In this document: positions 58,438 through 64,000 of the stretch, piece by piece | Layout: every line of letters starts with the position of its first letter | How positions within the stretch are numbered: position 1 is the stretch's first letter | Origin: Chloroflexota bacterium | GTDB taxonomy: Bacteria; Chloroflexota; JAJPGV01 | Direction of reading: 5' to 3' | Length of the DNA stretch: 64,000 nucleotides | Assembly: GCA_050695655.1 (NCBI GenBank) | Contig: JBOGTU010000264.1 | Location: 35-64,034, forward strand | Program-made: the position numbers and the translations under genes | The notes under the pieces: model-generated | The model's database searches: none | Told to the model about the DNA's origin: nothing | What the model saw: only the letters and a program-made list of their open reading frames with translations

Positions 58438-58528
58438 TTTGCCTGCGCCGCGGAACGCGGCCGGATGCGCCGGCCGGCCGGCCGTGGGGTGCGCCAGGGG
58501 CCTGGCGCGGCCAGCCTGCCCGCGCAGC

Positions 58529-60952
58529 ATGAAGTCTCGCAGCCGCCGAGCGGGCTTGCAAGCGGCTGACCCATTCGGTCCCTGCTTGGTCCTGCTGGTA
58601 GAGGGCATGCCTGGCTCACTCGTCCGGTTGTCTCTGAGGCGCACCGGCGAAGCCGGACGCTTCACTAGAATTGCGGCGGAAGGTGGGATTGATGTGGGTG
58701 CGCTGGGGGAGACCGACGCCCCGTTAGCCGCCTGGCGGCGCCTTTTGCCTCTAGGCGGCGTGCGCTCGCTGCGGTTGAAAGTAGGGCTGCTGCTGGGCGC
58801 CGTAGCTGCCACGGCTGTGCTGCTGCTGGCCGTGGCGGACGTGGTGCTGCAAACACGGCAGCTGCGTGACACGGCGAATCGGGCGAACCTGGAGATGGCC
58901 CGGTTGCTGGCCGCCCAGGTCGCGGGCGATGTGACCGGAACCTTCGAGGGACTTGCGATGCTGACCGCCAGTCCCGGCTTCGTTCAGGCCGCGGCCACCC
59001 ACGATTTCACGGCCATGACACCGTGGCTGGCCGCCGCGGCCCCACACGATCCTGACCTGGTCGCTCTCGCGGCCGTGGATGTGGACGGGCACGTCTGGGC
59101 AACCAGCCTGCCGCCGACTTCCGTGCTGCTGAGCAGCCCCCGCTTTGCCGCGGAGCCGGGATTTGTCGCGGCCGCGCTGCGCGGGGTACCTGGTGTGGGG
59201 CAGGCGCGACCAGCGCGCATCCCTGGCATCGCCGTGGTGCCCCTGTGGGTGCCGATTCGCCTGGGGGGCCACGTGGTAGGTGTGCTGCAGGGCTCCCTCA
59301 GCCTGTCCAAGCTCACGCGCGAGATCAACACCGTGCAGGTGGGCGAGAAGGGCCACGCTACCCTGTACGATTCCGGGGGCACGGTGCTGGCCGATCCCAC
59401 CGTCAGCCGCATCCTCAGCACAGCCTCCACTACCGATCGGGCGACGCGGCAGGCGGAGCACGGCATCGAAGCCACCGCCGTCACGACGTCGAGCTTGGGC
59501 CAGCGCATCTTCGTGGCCGCGGTACCCGTTGCCTCGCTGGGCTGGATCGCGGAAGTCCAGCTGCCGGCGGCCGAGGTGCTGGCGCCTTCCAACCTGCTGG
59601 TGCAGCGAGCGATCCAGCTGGCGCTGCTGTCCTTCCTGCTGGCAACCGCACTGGGCGCGATCGTGGCACAGCGGCTGGTCCGGCCCATTGAGCTGGTGCG
59701 GGGCGCCGCGCGACGCATGGCCCTGGGCGATTACACGCCGCCAAAGCTGGATATCCGCACCCACGATGAGATGGAAGATCTGGCGCGCGACGTGACTACC
59801 CTGGCTGCCAACCTGCGATCCGCCGTGGCCGACCTGCAAGCGCAGGTGGACCGCGCAGACATGGCCAGCGGCGAAATGCGCAGCGTACTCGATGCCACGG
59901 GCGAAGGCATGATCTTTGTGACCGGCGAGGGCCGGTTGGGCCGCATCAACGGGCGGGCCGCGGAGATGTTTGGCTTGCCCCCAGAGGAGGTGCTGGGGAC
60001 TGAATCCGAAGAGCTGCTGGAGCGGATGCGCGAGGTGTTCGACGGTTCCGAAGCCTTCTTCGTCGACCTGGCCCGCCGCCTTGCCGATCATGGCACTGGC
60101 GCCAGTTTCACGCTGGAGCTCAGCCAGCAGCACCCGCGGCGGCGCGACATTGAGCTGTTCTCCACGCCGGTAGATAGCCCCGCGGCGCACCGCTTAGGGC
60201 GCCTGCACGTTTTTCGCGACGTGACGCACCAACGCGAAGTGGAGCGCTTGAAGAGCGAATTTGTGGCCCTCGTGTCGCACGAGCTGCGCACGCCCCTGAC
60301 CTCCGTGGCCGGCTATGTGGACCTGCTGCTGGATGGTGAAGCCGGGCCTCTCTCAGAGGCCCAGCGCAGCTGCCTCACCATCGTCCGCAAGAACTCGGAC
60401 CGGCTCGCGGCGCTCATCAGCGATCTGCTGGACCTCTCACGCATCGAATCCGGCCGCTTGGAGCTGCACCTGGAACCGCTGCAGCTGCCTCTGCTGGCGG
60501 CGCAAGCCGTCCAGATCGTCCGACCGCTCACCGAGCAGAAGAAGCAGCGCCTGGAGCTGAGCTTCGCGCCGAACTGCCCGGCCGTGCTGGCCGATGGCAA
60601 TCGGGTGGAGCAGGTGCTCACCAATCTGCTGTCCAACGCGTCCAAATACACGCAGGAGGGCGGCCAGATATGGCTGTCCGGCGCGCTGGTGGATGGCCTG
60701 GCACGGGTGGACGTGCGCGACACTGGCGTGGGCCTGTCAGAAGAGGAGCTGGGCCACCTATTCACCCGCTTCTACCGGGCGCACAACCCGGCGGCGCGGC
60801 AGGCGGGTGGCAGCGGGCTGGGGCTCTCTATCGCCCGGTCGTTGGTAGAGATGCAAGGCGGGCACATGTCCGTTAGCAGCACGCCGGGACAGGGTTCCAC
60901 GTTCAGCTTCACCCTGCCATTGGCGCCGGCCCCGGTGGGTGTGTCGTTATGA
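58529..60952 (+). CDS. sensor histidine kinase (periplasmic Cache-like sensor, HAMP, PAS, HisKA, HATPase_c)
   Basis: TM helix then a ~300-aa extracytoplasmic domain; second TM plus HAMP; PAS-like region; H-box SHELRTPL; N/G boxes (NLLSNASKYT, DTGVGL, GGSGLGLSIA). Start at ATG 58529; the ORF-track upstream extension is G/R-rich. Confidence 0.85.
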   Translation: MKSRSRRAGLQAADPFGPCLVLLVEGMPGSLVRLSLRRTGEAGRFTRIAAEGGIDVGALGETDAPLAAWRRLLPLGGVRSLRLKVGLLLGAVAATAVLLLAVADVVLQTRQLRDTANRANLEMARLLAAQVAGDVTGTFEGLAMLTASPGFVQAAATHDFTAMTPWLAAAAPHDPDLVALAAVDVDGHVWATSLPPTSVLLSSPRFAAEPGFVAAALRGVPGVGQARPARIPGIAVVPLWVPIRLGGHVVGVLQGSLSLSKLTREINTVQVGEKGHATLYDSGGTVLADPTVSRILSTASTTDRATRQAEHGIEATAVTTSSLGQRIFVAAVPVASLGWIAEVQLPAAEVLAPSNLLVQRAIQLALLSFLLATALGAIVAQRLVRPIELVRGAARRMALGDYTPPKLDIRTHDEMEDLARDVTTLAANLRSAVADLQAQVDRADMASGEMRSVLDATGEGMIFVTGEGRLGRINGRAAEMFGLPPEEVLGTESEELLERMREVFDGSEAFFVDLARRLADHGTGASFTLELSQQHPRRRDIELFSTPVDSPAAHRLGRLHVFRDVTHQREVERLKSEFVALVSHELRTPLTSVAGYVDLLLDGEAGPLSEAQRSCLTIVRKNSDRLAALISDLLDLSRIESGRLELHLEPLQLPLLAAQAVQIVRPLTEQKKQRLELSFAPNCPAVLADGNRVEQVLTNLLSNASKYTQEGGQIWLSGALVDGLARVDVRDTGVGLSEEELGHLFTRFYRAHNPAARQAGGSGLGLSIARSLVEMQGGHMSVSSTPGQGSTFSFTLPLAPAPVGVSL

Positions 60953-61905
60953 GCTCCGAGCTGCCCGCAAGCGGGCAGCGCGTGCTGGTAGTGGACGATG
61001 AAGCGGATATCGCGAATCTGCTGGCGCTGCGGCTGCACGGAGCGGACTGCACGGTGCGAACTGCCAACAGCGCTCAGGAGGCGATGGCGCTGCTGGATGG
61101 GGAGCCAGCCGACCTGGCCTTTCTTGATGTTTCCATGCCTGGCATGACGGGCCTGGAGCTCTTGGATTGGATTCGTGAGCGCCAGCTGGATATGGCGGTG
61201 GTGTTGATGACCGCGTTCGGATCCGAGGAGGTGGCGGTGGACGCGCTGCGCCGCGGTGCGGACGATTACCTGCGCAAACCCTTCAGCATGGCGGAACTGG
61301 GAGCCGTGTTGCAGCGCACCCTGGATGCGCTGCGCATGCGGCGCGAGAACGCCCGCTTACGCCAGGAGCTGGCCGAGCGGGCCGCGCTGATGGAGCTGCA
61401 GTCGCTGACGGATGCGCTCACCGGCCTGGCCAACCGCCGCGCGTTCGATCGCGAGCTGGCCCGGTTGGCGGCACTGGCAGAACGTGGCGGCCATCACTTC
61501 TGCGCGCTCATGGCGGACATCGATCACTTCAAGCTGGTGAACGATCAGCACGGTCACGCCGTGGGTGACGCGGTGCTGCAAGCCATCAGCGCCGCGTTGC
61601 AGTCCCGCGTACGCTCCACAGATGTGCTGGCGCGCGTAGGTGGTGAGGAGTTTGCCCTGCTGCTGCCCAACACGGAGCTGGCGGGTGGCAGCCAGGTGGC
61701 CGAGGAGCTGCGCGCGGCTGTGGAAGAGCTGGCCATCGCGTCGCCTGCCGGCCCCTTGCGCGTCACCATCAGCCTCGGCGTAGCCCACTCGTCCGCGCCC
61801 GAGCCACCGCTGCAAGCCGCGGACGCGGCCTTGTACGAAGCCAAAAACGGCGGCCGCAATCGTGTGGTTACGCACCAGCCGGAGGCTGATCCGCCAGCTG
61901 GCTGA
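60949..61905 (+). CDS. response regulator with GGDEF diguanylate cyclase domain (PleD/WspR-like)
   Basis: REC (VLVVDDEADIANLL...D...KP) and GGDEF with an intact RVGGEEF active site and an RxxD-like I-site. ATGA overlap with the HK gene. Confidence 0.9.
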   Translation: MSSELPASGQRVLVVDDEADIANLLALRLHGADCTVRTANSAQEAMALLDGEPADLAFLDVSMPGMTGLELLDWIRERQLDMAVVLMTAFGSEEVAVDALRRGADDYLRKPFSMAELGAVLQRTLDALRMRRENARLRQELAERAALMELQSLTDALTGLANRRAFDRELARLAALAERGGHHFCALMADIDHFKLVNDQHGHAVGDAVLQAISAALQSRVRSTDVLARVGGEEFALLLPNTELAGGSQVAEELRAAVEELAIASPAGPLRVTISLGVAHSSAPEPPLQAADAALYEAKNGGRNRVVTHQPEADPPAG

Positions 61906-61916
61906 TGCGCCGGTCT

Positions 61917-62333
61917 TCAGCTTTCCCAGCCCAGTATGCTGGACACTTCGGCTGCCAGCAGCAGGGGCCGGAAGGGTTTGGTTATGAGGCCGGCGATGCC
62001 CCAGGCTGCGAGTAGCGCCTCATCAAGGCCCTCCGGCGCGGCGGTCATGAGGATGACCGGGACGGTTGCCAGTGGGCTTGACGGCGCGGCACGCAGTGCT
62101 CGGAGAAGGGTGGGCGCATCGCCGTCCGGCAGCAGGAAATCGAGCAGCATCACCTCCCAGGGCTCGGCCGCGGCCAGGCGCAGCGCCTCCTCGCAGGAGC
62201 CCGCGGTGGCCACCTGCCAGTTGGACGATCGAGCAAGGCCGTCGACGGCCAGCTGGCGGAGCACAGCCACATCCTCCACCAGCAGCACGTGGTGCCGCCC
62301 CTGAAGGGGTCGGGCGCGCTCAGCATCAATCAT
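61917..62333 (-). CDS. single-domain response regulator (CheY-like REC)
   Basis: Start at internal M (MIDAERA...); HVLLVEDVAVLRQL...MLLDFLLPDGD...LITKPF. Confidence 0.7.
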   Translation of the reverse strand: MIDAERARPLQGRHHVLLVEDVAVLRQLAVDGLARSSNWQVATAGSCEEALRLAAAEPWEVMLLDFLLPDGDAPTLLRALRAAPSSPLATVPVILMTAAPEGLDEALLAAWGIAGLITKPFRPLLLAAEVSSILGWES

Positions 62334-62403
62334 CCTGCGCTCGTCAGGCCTCACCCTGCCGCCGGCTCGCGCAGGCGGCAGGGATGGGCACGTCGTCAGC
62401 GGG

Positions 62404-64000
62404 TCAGCGCGACGCCGCGTAGGCCTGAGCGAACTCCTTCTTGATCGCGTCGCCACCGCCGGCACGCCAATCCTTCACCGCCTGGTCGAAGTTGGTGAGT
62501 GGATCTCGGCCAGCCACGATGCCGATCATCGCGTCCGCGAACTTCTGCTGAATGGAGAAGCCGATCTTCTGGCTGGTGGCGGAGTACAGGCCCACTGTGG
62601 GGTCGTAGACACCCACCGCCTCCATCGGCTTGAGCGAAGCGTTCATGCCGGACGCGTAGTTCGGGTTGTAGGAGTCGTACAGCACCGGTGGCGCACCACC
62701 CACCACGCCCAGCCAGGCGATGATGTCGGCCGTGCCCAGCTTGGTGCGGGCCGGGTTGCCGTGCGAATCCATGTTGTAGTCCTTACCGGGCACCCCATAG
62801 TTGACGGCCAGGTACTCCGTGCTGCCGAATGGGGCAACCAGGTAGTTGACGATGTTGAGCAGCTCCTTGATGCGGTCCGAGCTGGCCTTCTTGAGCATGA
62901 CCAGGCCAAAGTTGCCGATGCCGTAGTTGTACTGCCCCTTGCCGCCGGCTTGCGCGGGAATGGGTGGAGCGAGCCGCACCTGGGCCGGCGGGGTGAAGTG
63001 CAGCACCGCGTTGGGCAGGTTGGTGCCGGAGTCGAAGTTGGTGGGGTTGAGCGCGCCGTCGAAGCGGAATGCCATCTTGCGGGCTTGAAATGCCTGGTCG
63101 GCCGTTGGCGTGGTGTAGCTGGTGTTAGGGTCAAACTCGCCCGCCGCCTGGACCTCGCGCGCCAGACCTACGGCGGCTTTGAACTGCTCCGTCTCCCAGT
63201 CCTTGCTGAAGGAGCCGTCGCTGTTCACGCCCCAGTTGTTCGGTGCGCCGTAGATGGACGGCCAGAGCGAGCCGCCTACTGGCGTGAGGCCGTACGCGTA
63301 GCGGTTACCGATCTCGAAGCCGATGCCGTAGATGTTCTTCTGCGGCTGATTCACGGCGCTGAGGACCTTCTTAAAGTCGTCAGCGCTGTTGGGCCATGTC
63401 ACCTTGGCCGCATCAAGGAGCTCCTTGTGGCCCCACAGCGCCCAGTAGAAGATGGAGTTCGCGGACGGCAGGGCCATGAGCTTGTTGTTGAACACCATGC
63501 CCTTCCAGCCGGTGGTGGGCAGCGCCGCGAGATTCGGATACTCCTTCACGTTGTCGCCGCTGAGGAACGGCGTGAGATCCTGCATCTTCGCTTCGAGGAA
63601 CGCGGGCAGCTCGGGGATCACGCCGCCGATGGGCGCGAAGAGGATGTCCGGCAGGTCGCCGCCGGCAACGGTGGTCTGGAACGTACCAAAAGCGTAATCG
63701 TTGAAGGGCGCCAGCTTGAGCTTGAGGTTGACGTTCAGGTTCTTGTTGAGCTGCTGCCACAGGGTGTTCTGGCTGAGAGGGGCAAGCGGCGCGAACGTTT
63801 CCGCCACGATGGTCACGTCGCCCCCCTTGCCCGGAGGGCTGCTCACGGTTTGCACGGGGGCCTTGGGGTAGCTGGCGTACCCATCGGGGATGACACTGGT
63901 TCCAGGCACGTCGGGCTGGGGGCCCTTAGCCGGCACGTACGTCGGCAGCAGCTTGGCGGCGCCGCCACCGCTGGCGGACGGCGCTGTGCTGGGGGCGCTG
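62404..64000 (-). CDS. ABC transporter substrate-binding protein (family 1), partial; N-terminus beyond the window end
   Basis: Reading frame stays open to position 64000 (...SAPSTAPSASGGGAAKLLPTYVPAKGPQPDV...). The mature region is collinear with the SBP at 7348..9090. Confidence 0.85.
   Translation of the reverse strand, partial: SAPSTAPSASGGGAAKLLPTYVPAKGPQPDVPGTSVIPDGYASYPKAPVQTVSSPPGKGGDVTIVAETFAPLAPLSQNTLWQQLNKNLNVNLKLKLAPFNDYAFGTFQTTVAGGDLPDILFAPIGGVIPELPAFLEAKMQDLTPFLSGDNVKEYPNLAALPTTGWKGMVFNNKLMALPSANSIFYWALWGHKELLDAAKVTWPNSADDFKKVLSAVNQPQKNIYGIGFEIGNRYAYGLTPVGGSLWPSIYGAPNNWGVNSDGSFSKDWETEQFKAAVGLAREVQAAGEFDPNTSYTTPTADQAFQARKMAFRFDGALNPTNFDSGTNLPNAVLHFTPPAQVRLAPPIPAQAGGKGQYNYGIGNFGLVMLKKASSDRIKELLNIVNYLVAPFGSTEYLAVNYGVPGKDYNMDSHGNPARTKLGTADIIAWLGVVGGAPPVLYDSYNPNYASGMNASLKPMEAVGVYDPTVGLYSATSQKIGFSIQQKFADAMIGIVAGRDPLTNFDQAVKDWRAGGGDAIKKEFAQAYAASR

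Overview
Very GC-rich (about 70% GC), gene-dense bacterial chromosomal segment. GTG/TTG starts and 4-nt start/stop overlaps are frequent, and the high GC produces many long spurious antisense ORFs. Gene content suggests Chloroflexota or Actinomycetota (DUF5679 zinc-ribbon protein, DUF3090 protein, F420-type PPOX protein, leaderless promoters), but this is inference only.

Housekeeping genes sit at the edges and the middle of the window:
- Left edge: a partial leuA/cimA-like gene, a WecA/MraY-like transferase, glyA and an SDR oxidoreductase.
- Middle: sucCD, a DedA protein, cca, an alpha/beta hydrolase, DegV, pterin dehydratase, and thiD, a TPP riboswitch, then thiC.
- Respiratory operon: ctaC-ctaD-ctaE, a small ORF, a Rieske protein and a cytochrome b/c fusion.

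Between about 9 and 35 kb lies a large aromatic/xenobiotic catabolic island:
- three paralogous alpha-only Rieske non-heme iron oxygenases;
- three tandem NTF2-like (SnoaL_4) genes;
- an extradiol dioxygenase and an MBL-fold hydrolase;
- two HsaA/HpaB-like flavin monooxygenase oxygenase components;
- three FAH-family hydrolases, a cupin and an amidohydrolase-2 enzyme;
- an enolase-superfamily MR/MLE enzyme and a Zn alcohol dehydrogenase;
- two MetE-like catalytic-domain proteins, one of them frameshifted;
- a LysR regulator and an ABC importer with a substrate-binding protein and two permeases but no ATPase.

Four PIN/VapC-type toxin-antitoxin loci occur in different states of decay. A two-component/c-di-GMP signalling cluster lies near the right edge.

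The most notable single item is a SelW/Rdx-like selenoprotein gene at 5450..5698 (-) with an in-frame UGA in a CxxU motif, which the ORF track misses. No CRISPR array, rRNA, tRNA or recognisable mobile element was found.
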